Assembly: GCA_032718475.1 (NCBI GenBank)
Contig: JAUCBJ010002115.1
Span: forward strand, 39,891 to 103,890
Origin: Nemertoderma westbladi
Lineage: Eukaryota > Animalia > Xenacoelomorpha
Direction: 5' to 3'
Length of the DNA: 64,000 nucleotides
The notes under the pieces were generated by a model, which ran no database searches, was not told the origin of the DNA, and was given only the letters and a program-made list of their open reading frames with translations. Below, piece by piece: positions 13,501 to 26,522 of the stretch. Within the stretch, counting starts at the first letter, position 1; each line of letters opens with the position of its first letter. A program made the translations under genes and the position numbers.

Positions 13501-16500
13501 ACACTATAGTCTCCCAGAGGTTAGCTCTCTCATGAACTACATACACCTATAACCGCAATCAACTATTTGCAAGGCTGAACTCTGGACAACCGAACTATAC
13601 AGACAAGGACCATGCGGAGTTCATATCGAACTGTTATAATCTATCAAACACTAGCTTTACCATCAAACACAAACGAATAATAGACTACTACGGAATTTAG
13701 TTGAATACATGGCTTGCCCCTAGGATCTCTGCTTATTTTATTGTTTGATTTGGTGAACTGATGCTATTAACGGTGTTATAATTAACGGCCTAGTTGTGAT
13801 CTGTGATCACAATTTTTACTTCCAATCATATTGTAGTGCAGTTGGATATATATTTTTATCTTTTAAACAGTTTTAATTAATATAAATGCCGGCTAGACTG
13901 GTGTACCCGAATAATAATAATAATTCAAGTATCAGCCTCCATGCACAGTGTATTTTACAACTACTGTATTAGAAAACTGAATATCAAATCAAGCAAGTAA
14001 CCAACCCGATAGCATCCCAAGCAGGAATTTGAAAAGCAAAGCCAAGCAAAATCGCAATGAAAATAAAAAGAAAAGTAAATTTCGCCTTCATTTTCCTCTG
14101 ATACATTATCGGGTGAACAATAAGAAGCAACCGATCTGTGGTAATCACACATAAACTGAATGCGGAAACCTGGAAATAAAATAATTAAATATATAAATCT
14201 AGGTCTAAATTTACAATTTGATGTAACGTTCCATTTAATGTTCCTGGGTGGAATGAATTTTTACGTGACAAATGTAATTTTTTCTCGCGGAGTGTTCAAC
14301 TTGAGGAAATGTGTGGTGATCTTTTTCTCAGAGAATAATTTTTTGGCTATATTTTGGTTGTCAATGGTTAGGTGATCCAACAACATCTGGCATGGCATGT
14401 ATCATTCAGCTGTGCAAACCAAATCATAATAGAAAGCATGGTTAACAATAAACCTTTTAACTTCACCTTCCCACCTTGACACCTTCCCCCATTCCCATCC
14501 ACCTTCACCATTCCCATCTTCTCACCTTCCCATCTTCCCACATTCCCATCCTCTTAACATTCCCAGCTTCACACATTTCCATCCACCTTCCCACGTTTCC
14601 ATCTTCCCACATTCCCATCTTCCTACATTCCCACCCACTTTCCCGCCTTCCCAAAATTCAATCTTCCTACATTCCCACCGTCTTTCCCACATTCCCACCC
14701 ACCTTCCCCATTCCCATCTTCTCACCTTCCCATCTTCTCACATTCCCATCCTCCCACATTCCCAGCTTCCCACATTTCCATCCACCTTCCGACCTTCCCA
14801 AATTTCAATATTCCTACATTCCCACCTTCTTTCCCACATTCACAAGAAACTTACCATATTCCCTCCTTCAAACATACCCATCTTCCTACATTCCCATCTT
14901 CCTACATTCCCATCTTCCTACATTCCCACCACCTTCCCACATTCCCACCCAATTCCGGCCTTCCCACATTCCCACCCACCTTCCCACATTCCCACCCACC
15001 TTCCCACATTCTCATCTTCCTACATTCCCACATTCCCATCCACCTTCCCACATTGCCAACTTCCTACATTTCCATCCACCTTCCCACATTTCCATCCACC
15101 TTCCCATGTTCCAAAATTTCAATCTTCCTACATTCCCAGATTCCCATCCACCTTCCCACATTCACATATTCCCATCTTCCCGCAATTCCGTCCACCTTCC
15201 CACATTCCCATAGTCCTACATTCCCACCTTCCCATCTTCCCACATTCCCATCCATCCACCTTCCCACCCACCCACCCACCTTCTCACTCACCAACCGACC
15301 TACTGATCAACAGACTACCCCCTACTCTTCGCGCAGCACATGAATACCAAAATACCCCCACGTGAACTTTCCTCGATGGTGGACAATTCTAAAGTTGCCT
15401 AATGATAGTGAATGGGCCAAATTCCTTTCCCATGTGATTTTTTTTGCTGGGAATGGGAAACTTCACATGGGCGTATGTGTTAGTAGTAGAGTTGACATCG
15501 ACATCCAGCTGATAAAATAGCTAGTCGGGAAAGGTTGATAAACTTACCATATATGTCATCCATAATAACTGACTGTTCCAAATTAAACTGCAATATAATC
15601 TGCCAGCTACATAACTTGCACCTGAAATAATAGAATAGTAGTAACTATAAATAATATCCTCAGGTACCCTCAGTACCCTCAGGGGTGCAGCCTGGATTTG
15701 ACTGGGCGATGCGATGTGTCAAATGTGTAATGTTGTTATAATTCAGTGCCCCATCACCCCAAATGTTTAATAAAAATTCGTAATGAGATTGCATGAAATT
15801 TGAAACAGTGATAACCTACTTCTTACTGGGTGACTGTAAAAATACGATTTTATTTATATGTATGTAATAAATTTCGCACTACCAAATCACCAGGGCGACA
15901 TATTTTCCAACTTTATATCGCAGTGCGACATTATTTCTCAGTATGTCCCTACGCGATGAATTTACTATGTATTTCCAGTATATCCAGTATGTCATCGCGT
16001 CATTATTAGGTTGATATAGAAAGTTAAGTGCCTAACTACAAATAATTATCCTCAAATAAATAAAATAATATTCGCCATTGTTCATAATTAGCACTTAAAG
16101 CTTTTACGGCATGTTTGCATGTAATCATGTAAGTAATTGAGATGGCACTTACTGTAGATGGCAGATAGAGACAAAGTGTTCCAAACGCTGTAAGGAATAG
16201 AGAAAGTGGGTGAAATCATGTAAGGGTTATTATACCAACAGTATTAGAAGAGTAGGCTAGCAGCAGCAGGTGACATTAGCCTAGTCAGTAGGCCTATAAT
16301 AGAACATTGTGTTATGGTTTATACAGGGTTGCATGCTTATGGTAAAACGATTGGAACATTGACTACTAGTGTCTAGGGATACATTCCTTTTTACACAGAG
16401 TTCAAGTGTTAGACTGTAGGTTTACTTAGGTCTGCTATTCGTGTGTAGCCAACTGAACTAGCGCGCCAACGAGTAGCTCGTACAATAGGAAGTAAATGGA

Positions 16501-19500
16501 TGTCTGCTGGCCGACCTCATGGTACTTGATATGTCTCGACGCGCTCGTACAATAAGAAGTAAACGGATGCCTGCTGGCCGACCTCATGGTACTTGATATG
16601 TCTCGACGCGCTCGTACAATAGGAAGTAAACGGATGTCTGCTGGCCGACCTCATGGTACTTGATAGGAAGTAAACGGATGTCTGCTGGCCGACCTCATGG
16701 TACTTGATATGTCTCGACGCGCTCGTACAATAGGAAGTAAATGGATGTCTGCTGGCCGACCTCATGGTACTTGATAGGAAGTAAACGGATGTCTGCTGGC
16801 CGACCTCATGGTACTTGATAGGAAGTAAACGGATGTCTGCTGGCCGACCTCATGGTACTTGATATGTCTCGACGCGCTCGTACAATAGGAAGTAAACGGA
16901 TGTCTGCTGGCCGACCTCATCGTACTTGATTGTCTCGACGCGCTCGTACAATAGGAAGTAAACGGATGTCTGCTGGCCGACCTCATGGTACTTGATATGT
17001 CTCGACGCGCTCGTACAATAGGAAGTAAACGGATGTCTGCTGGCCGACCTCATGGTACTTGATATGTCTCGACGCGCTCGTACAATAGGAAGTAAATGGA
17101 TGTCTGCTGGCCGACCTCATGGTACTTGATATGTCTCGACGCGCTCGTACAATAGGAAGTAAACGGATGTCTGCTGGCCGACCTCATGGTACTTGATATG
17201 TCTCGACACGCTCGTACAATAGGAAGTAAACGGATGTCTGCTGGCCGACCTCATGGTACTTGATATGTCTCGACGCGCTCGTACAATAGGAAGTAAACGG
17301 ATGTCTGCTGGCCGACCTCATGGTACTTGATATGTCTCGACGCGCTCGTACAATAGGAAGTAAACGGATGTCTGCTGGCCGACCTCATGGTACTTGATAT
17401 GTCTCGACGCGCTCAAATGCGCCGTAGAAACCTGTCGATAAACATAAATGCAAATCGAGTAAATGTTAAACATCATTTGCAAAATTTAAGAGTTTATTGA
17501 GTGAGAGTTTATTTCATTGGAGCATTTATGTTTACAAATTGTGAAATGCTTTTAAATATGAACATCAAATGAAAAAATATCAATATTAAATACTATCAAT
17601 AAAGCTAGCTACTATATTACTACAATTTTCTAATGTAATTGTTCAACTTCGGGGTATTTTGCAAGGGGATTCTTTGTCACCTTCTTCCTTCCTGATGTTT
17701 ATTGCGGACCTGGCACAAGTTCTCCAACAAATTGCTTCTACCATAAGTTCATATTTATTGATGACGACCTAGTTATATACTCGCTAAAGAACAGTGATAT
17801 CCAAAACGCACTAAACGAACTCTACAAATGGTCCATTAAAAACTTGATGGAATTAAATATGGGGAAAACCAAAATAATTAAATTTAGGAAAGGCGGTCGA
17901 ACATCCAGGGCAGATGTCTTCTACTACAACGGCGTCCAAGTACCGTTATGCAACGAATACGAGTACATAGGGGTCACCCTACAACCATCGTTATCATTCT
18001 CACGACACATAAACCAGAAGAAAAGGAAAGCTTTCTCAGCAATAGGATGCCTAAAAGATCTTCACGATGTTTCTATTAACACTGGCCTAACTATCTTCCA
18101 AATGAAAATAGACCCTATGGTTAATTATGCCTTCACAGAGATCGCCAAATTCTTTACTCTCGCGGACCTTACACAAATTGATATCAAATCAACTTATGTG
18201 AAACATCTTCTTGGTTTGCCAAAAAATGCCTCTTCCACCGTGGCCCTGAAAATGATTCCAACGAACACATACATAGAAGATTTATCACTGCGTTATCCTT
18301 CAATGTTTGAACCTACTGTTCTAGAACAATATCAACTACATCGCCAGACAAAAGAAAGCTTATTTGTTGCAGAAAATTATTCTGAAGGCCCTGCATTTAC
18401 AACATCACAGTGGCGCTCTCCCGGCCAAAAGAATCGATACCTCATAACTCGAGTAACTGTCCATGGTTTCCATTGGAAAATATTCCGAAATAAAACCCCC
18501 TTTCACGAACTTGGGGATGCCTGCACCTGTATTTATTGCGGGGGTCCTGCTTCCGACCGGCTCCATGCTATTAGATGTGCGAGTTTCCCTCACCTATCCC
18601 TTCTATGAAGCCTCTAGTTATGTCTTCGGATTATTCCCTTTCAGTATTATTTTTTACCTATTATATTTTAAATTATTTTAATTTCGTATTTTAAATTACA
18701 CTGTATATATCCTAGAAAGTGTGTTGAAATAATGCTTACAGGCAGAGGCAGTGGACAGAAAGAGACAAGCAGTATGATTCTACAGACTCTGAGCTTTCAC
18801 AATCATATTTTGGGTTTTGAAAAACATTATTTTTTACAAAAATTGACTCATGTTGGCCACTTTTCCGTATATCGCCCCGATAGTTAGATAAGTATAGACA
18901 TTATTACACATTACATCATTACTTATTACAAGGCAATTGGTAGGCTATATTGTATAAAGTGTAATGGCACACGACAGGGTGTGTCATTATAATCACGTTA
19001 TAATCACGTATATTGTTAATATACCGTTGTTTTATCCATTATATTTCCTTATAAGGCCATACATAACGCTCCATTAGTTTTCCGTTGTTACGCATTTCTA
19101 GTACAGTTTCTCATTATATGCCTGGATGGGCAAAAATGTAATAGGAATAGGAACAGCAAGACATCATCATGTTACTTAGAAGTGGTGAAACAAATCATTT
19201 ACTCAAGAAGACATGTGCCACTGTCCCGCAGTGTATGAGGTCATTTCTCATCCCCAATGGCGGCCAGTTTGAGTGACGTTACTGTTAATTAATATGTAAA
19301 ATGGGAGTACTTCCTGATATCTACTGTGGCGCAAAAAGCTAATGACATCCGCAGATAGTTATAAGATTGCCGGGAATGTTTAATTTATTAGCTGTTTGTT
19401 TCCAAGGCAGCATTTATTCAAATAAACCCAATAAACGCCCCCGACTATCCAATTACACCATGTCCCAGAATATAGTGTCGTAATTCAGTGACACTCCCCC

Positions 19501-22161
19501 TCACCAATTTTTCTACAAATCTTAATGAGATTGCAAGGAATTTGGAACAGAGTTAGTTTCACCTCCCGACCACTACTGACTGGGTGAGCCAGATTTTTAT
19601 TTTTGCTTTCAATCTTTAGCTACAAGCGTTTAAAAAAGTGTCTCTCAGCGATATTACACCAGTTACACCGCAGTTATTCTTCTACCTTATAGCTGTTTGT
19701 TGGTACCAATGGAAAGCTGGTCATGCTAGGCTGAAGGTTTTCATTACAGATATTTCTAAAATGATTTTATACAAGCCCACTAGCGGTGGACATGAGAACT
19801 GCCGCGGGATTACTGTCCCAACAAAGACGCAGCCTGTTGATGGTCTACAGAGAATGTTAGGGAAAGAGGACAGCGTTGCATGATACTTTATGTGGTGAAG
19901 ACAGAAGCAAAGCAAAAAAGTGGGTTTTCATTATCGTGCATACACTGCTGTCGAACGGTGATCACAACCTGACCGTACAGTGTGGGGTACCTCGCCTGAA
20001 AGCGACCCTCCGGCAACCGTACAATACAGTCTATTGCCGTACGGCATTCCAAACATACCGTACGGGCGCCTGACGGCTGCTGTATAGACAAATATCACAA
20101 CTTCTTACCGTACGGTCAACGTACGGCTGTCGTACGACCGAGTATAAACGGACCTTAAAGAACTGCAGATGCAGAATTGCAATACTACGGTCTAATACGA
20201 TTCTTCCAAGTGTCGGCTTGAACTGATTAAAAGCAAAGAAATCTGAGGACAATTAATGTTTATTGTCTCTAGCGGTAGAATATTTAACTGTGGTGCCTGT
20301 CTCTAGAAAATCTCCACTTTTGGTCTTATTGATCCCTAACCGACAGCATTAAATCCGACAAAGATATTAGCATGTCAAAATCGTAACAACAACAACGACA
20401 ACAACTATTTGCAAAAATTGACCCACCCCCATAACAGTGTCACCGCCAACTTCGTGGCTAGCCCCACAGCTACAGTTATATTGTCGGTTGATTTTGACTA
20501 CCGGGCTTTTCATAAAGTGAAAGAAAAATGGCAACCTGCCCATGTGTAGTATACCAGACTTTCTGCAGATATTTTTCACATTGCAGTTACCCCCATCCCA
20601 TGTGAAGAATACCATGTCTCACTAAAACCCATGTCACAGAAGGGCTGAAACTAACCAAAACAAGTAAGTAAGAAAATTCTTCATATATAAAATTTGACCG
20701 AAAAGTGAAAACCTGGTATTCTGCGCATGGACGGCTATTGCTATACCGGTACAATTCAAAACCCAGAACAATCCAAAATACAAAAGTTGCATAACTACCA
20801 GAAGAATTGTCAGTGAGTGTTTAATACCATTCATTCCCAATAAATAGCTAAAATAAAGACGCTATCCTCTGCAGAATTTAATGTTTTTTTTATTAACAAT
20901 TAGGCCATTCAGTTTACAATAATCGGCAAAATGATCCAAAGCTTCACGAAAGGGGTCAATTAATTTCCATATAGTCTAATAAACTGTGTTCGTTGGTGTT
21001 TTACTCGGCCACTACCGACGGCTGTGAATCGTTCTGCCGTCCAAATAACGACGACATTTCCTTATACTACATGACCAACCAAAGTCAGGGGTTCTATTTA
21101 TTGCAAACTTTGCTGTGGTATCAACAACAAGGATAGTAGCTGTAGATAACCAGACAAATGCTACAGTGGCGACGCCTAGAACGGAATAAACGGAACGAAT
21201 AAATTATACATGTTTCCCAAATGTTGGAGATTTGGGACCTGAGATGGACATCACTCACTCCTACAGTTGCCATGCACTGGCTCACTTTTCATCTGGGTTA
21301 AATATACGTTAAACTTTATTCAATTTGTTCTACGTTTCTTCTATACGTTTCTTGTTGTCCATTTCTATACTCGCGTATTAAAAAATAATTTAGAACACTG
21401 GGAAGGAGCAGAGCAGGTTACAGATGATGTGTTTTGTAACCAAAACAATAAACTAAACTAAATTCCGCATGTGCCTAATTTGCACTAGACAACTTTTTTT
21501 CTCTTGCGATCAACTTGCACCACAATCTAATAACGATTACCATGGGAACACCGCGAAAATGTAAATAAATTGAGAGGCACCAACACATAAATAGTGAGTC
21601 GAAACTATCTCTGGATTCAATTTTCCAACAATCTCAATTGCTCCTAAAAGCTCCCAAATTAGAATAATACTTTAATATTATATATATAATAATATAATAT
21701 ATTAATAATAATATATTTAGGATAAACATTTAGTAGATACCACACAATCACATCCTATGTAAACCAAATAGATGTATGAGAGAACACGGTCCGGTCACGT
21801 AATCAAACTCTGACCGAGTGCCACTCTACCTCCCTAACTACCATCTTTATCCTTAAGGAAATAAACATTAAACTAGGATCCGCCCATCTCTAGCGGGACT
21901 CGTTTCGTTGTAGTGTCCCTATTAATTATTCCGACAGCAGGAAGCACTCACTCAATGCCACGCGTTGCTAACACAAAGGAGATCACGTTTTTATACCCCA
22001 CCGGCCAATTAATATCGCAGTTGGTTGCGGAATACAAATGTTGAGAATGGAAGATTAAAGATGAAGGCGGACACGTACCTACGTTGTACCGGAAATAAAG
22101 CTATAAATATAATAGATCGGGAAACCAATGACACAATAATTAACATTGAATATTTTATGGC
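10590..22161 (-). CDS. Orphan rhodopsin-class (class A) GPCR; 7 exons reconstructed, start exon not located
   Basis: Phase-compatible GT-AG exons: 22161-22083 (AIKYSMLIIVSLVSRSIIFIALFPVQ), 21175-21080 (VATVAFVWLSTATILVVDTTAKFAINRTPDF), 15621-15548 (GASYVAGRLYCSLIWNSQLLWMTYM), 14169-14006 (VSAFSLCVITTDRLLLIVHPIMY...IPAWDAIG), 12372-12215 (FDDDYKC...MGICYAAIYLKL...), 11998-11883 (NIIRTALICSIFFGICWIPNSI...), 10727-10590 (...VLINIFCNPIIYSAQLKSFQ...stop). Motifs: DRL, CWxP, NPxxY, TM3 and ECL2 cysteines. The last five exons are secure; the first two are less so. Confidence 0.85.
10905..11660 (+). mobile_element. Degenerate RTE-type LINE RT fragment (family 2) in a GPCR intron
   Basis: Frameshifted ORFs LFIIVVDFVL...TDLDFDDE...EHVDDFCY and RKGEAYAALNSLSRIWKS. 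Homologous to 51395-53477. Confidence 0.85.
12470..12908 (+). mobile_element. L2/CR1-group LINE ORF2 fragment
   Basis: VKYLGIQIDQKLSWKTHI...YFSLVHPYINYGLIIWG is typical of the L2/CR1-group RT thumb region. Confidence 0.85.
12905..13720 (+). mobile_element. Second non-LTR retrotransposon fragment (post-RT region)
   Basis: LKINGTEMKPSNHIKFLG...LWRSLALPSILY...YHRKVLRGLI resembles the LINE ORF2 region after the RT domain. Confidence 0.7.
14462..15285. repeat. Low-complexity pyrimidine-rich repeat (TTCCCACA / TTCCCATC units)
   Basis: Directly visible. The P/T/F/S/H-rich ORFs are artefacts. Confidence 0.9.
16476..17414. repeat. 67-bp minisatellite with interspersed 44-bp deleted units
   Basis: TGGCCGACCT at 17041, 17108, 17175 (period 67); TAGGAA at 16775 and 16819 (period 44). 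Confidence 0.95.
17620..18690 (+). mobile_element. 5'-truncated non-LTR retrotransposon (RT C-terminus plus Cys/His motif)
   Basis: GILQGDSLSP..FLMFIADL, DDLVIYS, LNMGKTKIIKFRKGG, YEYIGVTL, and C-terminal CIYCGG...HAIRC. Confidence 0.85.
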
Positions 22162-22526
22162 CTATGTGTATCGGCAAATGAAATAAATAATTAAAGATTT
22201 TGATGTCGGAGATTGTTTCGTGCGCGCTTCGTATCTACGTCAGGGGCTTCTCGTATCCGACGAGGTACATTAGCTGAAATTATATGACGCTATTTGTCCC
22301 GAAAGGACAATTTATACATTAATTTTCTTTTTAATATTAAGGACTTCTAATACGCCCTTAAAGCGTCAAACTAATACATCTATCTAATACACTAAAGCAT
22401 CAACTCTGGATTGCGGCTGCCAAATAACTGCGACACCATTATTGTAATTTTCATCTGGTATGCACAAATTATGTGCTTTAACTAACGTACTGCATATAAG
22501 TTTTACTTGGAAAAATGTTGTATTAA

Positions 22527-23750
22527 GGGGGGGGGGGGGGGGGGGGGGGGGCACATCCCCTGTCTTTTTTTCTTGTCTTCTTTACAGTTTGTTGGGTTTT
22601 CCGATGTAACATTTTATGGTGATTCCGAGTCAGAAATCAGTTTTTTGATAAGTTGTTTCGTTCTCGAGTTATGGCAACATTTGTAATTTTCACGCAAAAT
22701 TTGAAAAGTTTTAATTTTAGTGCAGCACCACTTTTGACTCCAAAAAAAGACCATAAAGCACCCGAAATTTTCGGTTTAATTCCCTATTTTCGGAATCAGC
22801 GCCAAAAACTACCGAATGGGTATCAAAACCATATAAGATCATTTTTTTTTAATTTGATTTTTTCACTTTTTGTGGATATTTGGTCGGTTGTGATCAGGGG
22901 AAAACTTTAATGTCATTTTTCTCGCGTTGGCTTTTTTGGGACACTTAATCTGTCTACTTTTTAACTACTCAACAACCGATTTTCATTCTGTTTGCTGAAT
23001 TATGTCCAGTAATATTCCGCGCAAAAACTATGTTGACAGAATTTTTAAATATTGTTTAAAAAAAGGTACGGCATTTTTCGTTTCAAAAGTACCCAAAAAT
23101 AAAAAAAATCTAAATTTTCGCTATTTATTATTTAGAAAATTACATAACGTTTTTTGAAACAAAATTTAAAAATGTTGTCAACACAATTTTTGCACGGTAT
23201 AATTCATAATAGGAATATTACATAATTCTTCATTTCAATTTTCAAAACAGAAGGAAAATCGGTTGAGTAGGTAAAAAATAGACAGTGAAAGTGTCCCAAA
23301 AAAGGAAACGTGAGAAAAATTACATTAAAATTTTATCTTGATTACAAGTACAACAGACCAAACATGCACCAAATGTGAACATTTTTCAATTTTTTTCAAA
23401 AATTATCTTCTTAAATCATGGTTTTGATATTTATTGGCGCATATTCCGAAAATTGCAAAATATGACGACATTTATACTTTTTGGTCTCAAAGTGGTGCTG
23501 TGCTGCACCAAATTTACAAATTTTCCAATTTTGAGTGAAAATTACACATGTTTCCATAACTCGAGAACGAAAAAACTTATCGAAAAACAGATATCATATT
23601 AGTAATAACCATAAAATTGTACAACGTAGTGCAGTTGCACCAAGAAAATTAAATGTTGTAAATTATTATTATATCGATGGTAACATTTTATCAAAGTTAT
23701 TAAATATATTAATTAATACCAATCATTACATATCCTGACCCTACCGCCCC
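22527..23750. mobile_element. Long palindromic non-autonomous DNA element with TTAA target and GGGG...CCCC ends (Kolobok/piggyBac-type target)
   Basis: TTAA at 22523-22526 and 23751-23754. Arms are inverted, e.g. 22648-22700 versus 23528-23581. Confidence 0.75.
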
Positions 23751-23851
23751 TTAACTCCTTCAACACAGTCACTTAAAAGAGATCGTCACAGGATCAAGTA
23801 ATGTTCCACCATGCAACTGTAATGGGAGAGAAAGGGTCAGAGGCAAGTGGC

Positions 23852-23913
23852 TGAACTGGTTAGCCCTACTGATGAGGCCTGATAGGCCGAAACGGACGCA
23901 TAGCGCTGGTTCA
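23852..23913 (+). ncRNA. Degenerate type I hammerhead ribozyme motif
   Basis: AGCCCTA-CTGATGA-GGCCT-GAT-AGGCC-GAAAC-GGAC-GCA-TAGCGCT. Core boxes and stem II are perfect, stem I has one mismatch, and the cleavage triplet is GCA rather than GUH. Confidence 0.7.
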
Positions 23914-24330
23914 ACCCACGGTGACGTGGTCCCTCATTTTTTCTATTTCTGAACAAAACCGTAATATTACATATAATTTTGAATTGGATGTATGAATATA
24001 TAATACGTGTGAAACACTAACAAGAACGGAGTAGATGATCCACATAGATGTTAATCATGCACTCTCTACAATTACACTATGTTTTGGTTGATAAATCTCT
24101 AAACTTGAAACGGGGGGGGGGGGGGAGAGATGGACTCAAATCCTATCGCGACCAATTAAAATTTCCTCTCAATGTTAAATTATCAATTAAGGGAAAGGAG
24201 CAGGTTACAGTTCAGTGATCCCGATAAAATATTCCTTAACCAAATACCCGACCTAACCAAAACAATTAATGCAATGAATGGACGGGGTAACGGATATAGG
24301 AGAGTAATAAATATAAAAAATATATAACTA

Positions 24331-24590
24331 CACGAGCCGATAACAAGATTCGAACCCGTTATCTTCGGATCTCGCCTCCCTTCGGATACCCGTATGCAGA
24401 GAAGTTGAAACGACTTTTTTTAACAAAAGTAGATTATACGTATATAGAACACTAAGACTCTACAGTTAAAAGTAGATTCTGGATTCTACTTCTCTGCATA
24501 CTAGTTCTGTCGCTGCAGGACGAATCGCCGTATCGAAGGTGCTAACGCACCAAGACAGTGGCTCATTGAGCTTATTGAATGGAGGCGGTA
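24331..24590 (-). mobile_element. tRNA-derived SINE-like remnant interrupted by a small TIR element (24392-24501)
   Basis: B-box-like GGTTCGAATC on minus. Inner element bounded by the perfect inverted repeat GTATGCAGAGAAGT / ACTTCTCTGCATAC. Confidence 0.5.
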
Positions 24591-26522
24591 TTCTAACGCT
24601 GTAGGAATCCATCCATCATCAAGTTCGTAAAAGTGTGTCCAGACAGAATCTGTCATTATTACACAGGTAAAAAAAGTAAATTTACAACCAACAATAACAT
24701 TTACAAAATTTATCGGATTGTACAGATGGTAAACTCGATTCAGGTTCGTTCAAAGCCAGCAATGTTGGTGTTCGGTGTTCGGTGAAAGCCTCTCCGTACT
24801 AATAATGGCCATTGGGTACACGTAGTGGAATAACAAAAATATAGCGAACAAAAGGTTATAATGTTACCCGTTGTAAAATCTTTTAAAAGTTAAAAAGATT
24901 AACAAGAGCTCGTATCTTATAATTATATTATTAGTAATCTAACGGCATGGATCAAACTGATCACTATATTAAATTACCCGTACTTGCCAAAAAGTTCCAA
25001 GAAGGCCGATATATTTAATTAATATTGGATGAACTACTTAGTTATGTTTGTCAGGATAATTCCAATTAATTAAGTTAATTTTTAAGTATTCTTAACAGCG
25101 CGGTCGATTGTATTACAACCAAAGAAACAGTGGAGGTGTTAAAAACAATCTATTTGCTAAAAGTAATTCTGTATTGTAGTGCCTCGGGCAGGGATTTAAA
25201 CAAAAACAACTCAGTTCAGTTCCCGTTAGTTTGGGCTAAGTAGTTCAGATATAGAGGCAGAGGGGCAGATTGAAGTTTTATACTCTAGAAATGGTTATTC
25301 CAGATATTGAAATATTATATTATAATTTTTTTATATTTCAATTGACATTATTGAATATCTGTGAACATACAGTAATAATTTAAATGTTGTTTTGTTACCA
25401 AGGTAACCGGGTGCATAGTTCAAACGTTGATCGCATTTAATTCAACACGAAGGATCCTAGAGGATCCTTAAGCTGCAGTAGAAGAATGAAGCGAAGCTGA
25501 TTAAAATTCTATCAAAGTATTTTACATTTGAACTTGTTTACAATCCCGTTGCCATGGTGATCGATCATTCAGCATAATGACAAATTTTAATCCAAGTTCT
25601 GACCGACCGTTATAAAGTTTTTTTTTTGGTTTTTTATTATTTTTATAATTTGAAACAAAAACCCCTGACCAGTGGCCATGAATTCTAATAACTTTAAAGC
25701 GCACTTTATATTCTGGAATTTACAAAACATGATTGTATAACTCGAGGTTTCTCATTGGACATTTTGATTTTAGATGCGTAGACGTTTATTTTATTCTTAT
25801 TTTTAGTTATATATTTATAATTGTGATTCATAAATTACGTTATTCCGATTACCGTGGCAACTGGACTCTATTAACAAATTCAAATATTTGCATAGATAGA
25901 TGTTTATAGATCGTACGGAATTACTGGAGCAAAAAGTTCACCCGGTTCTTGGTAACAACAATATAAAAATTATAGAAACCCATTTTAATATAAATATATG
26001 AAACTTCCAAAATGCACTAGTCATATGTTCTTCTATCTTATTACTTGAAAGCTGGGATCTCTAGCATCAAATCAGAACAGAAGTAACACGTTTGTTAGGC
26101 CTTCGCGTTTATCGTATCAAGTAAATGGCTGGAGAACAGCTGAATCCCCCCATAATTCATACTTTTATTGAATTGATCTACATTTATACAAAGTTTGGTT
26201 TCATTTCATCAGTTTTAGACTACAAACACTTGCCGACAGACAGACAGACCGACAGACAACTGTTGAAACAGCTGTTCACGTACGCCAAGCTCGCTTACTC
26301 CGTCGCCCGCCACACAACTAGTTACCAACTGAATATCTTCTATAATTTATATTGAAAAATAGCCAATATATAATTATTTAAGAGTTAAAAGCTCATGGTG
26401 TGGCCCGGCCCGGGCATGGTGTTAGTGTTAGCGACGCCATCTATAGGGAAATAATGGAACTCATTACTCTATAATAAATGTTGGGTTTAGGACACCACCT
26501 AGAGGGATATTGAGGTACTCAC

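Noticed and set aside
16153-16187. 35-nt exon candidate within the GPCR
   Set aside because: The splice signals are good, but inclusion between the 21080 and 15621 exons would shift the frame; left unresolved.
22527-22551. Poly-G/poly-C tracts as G-quadruplex elements
   Set aside because: Homopolymer lengths are unreliable, and several tracts lie within repeats.
24331-24590. Functional tRNA gene
   Set aside because: Only a B-box-like motif is present; there is no cloverleaf and the region is interrupted by a TIR element.
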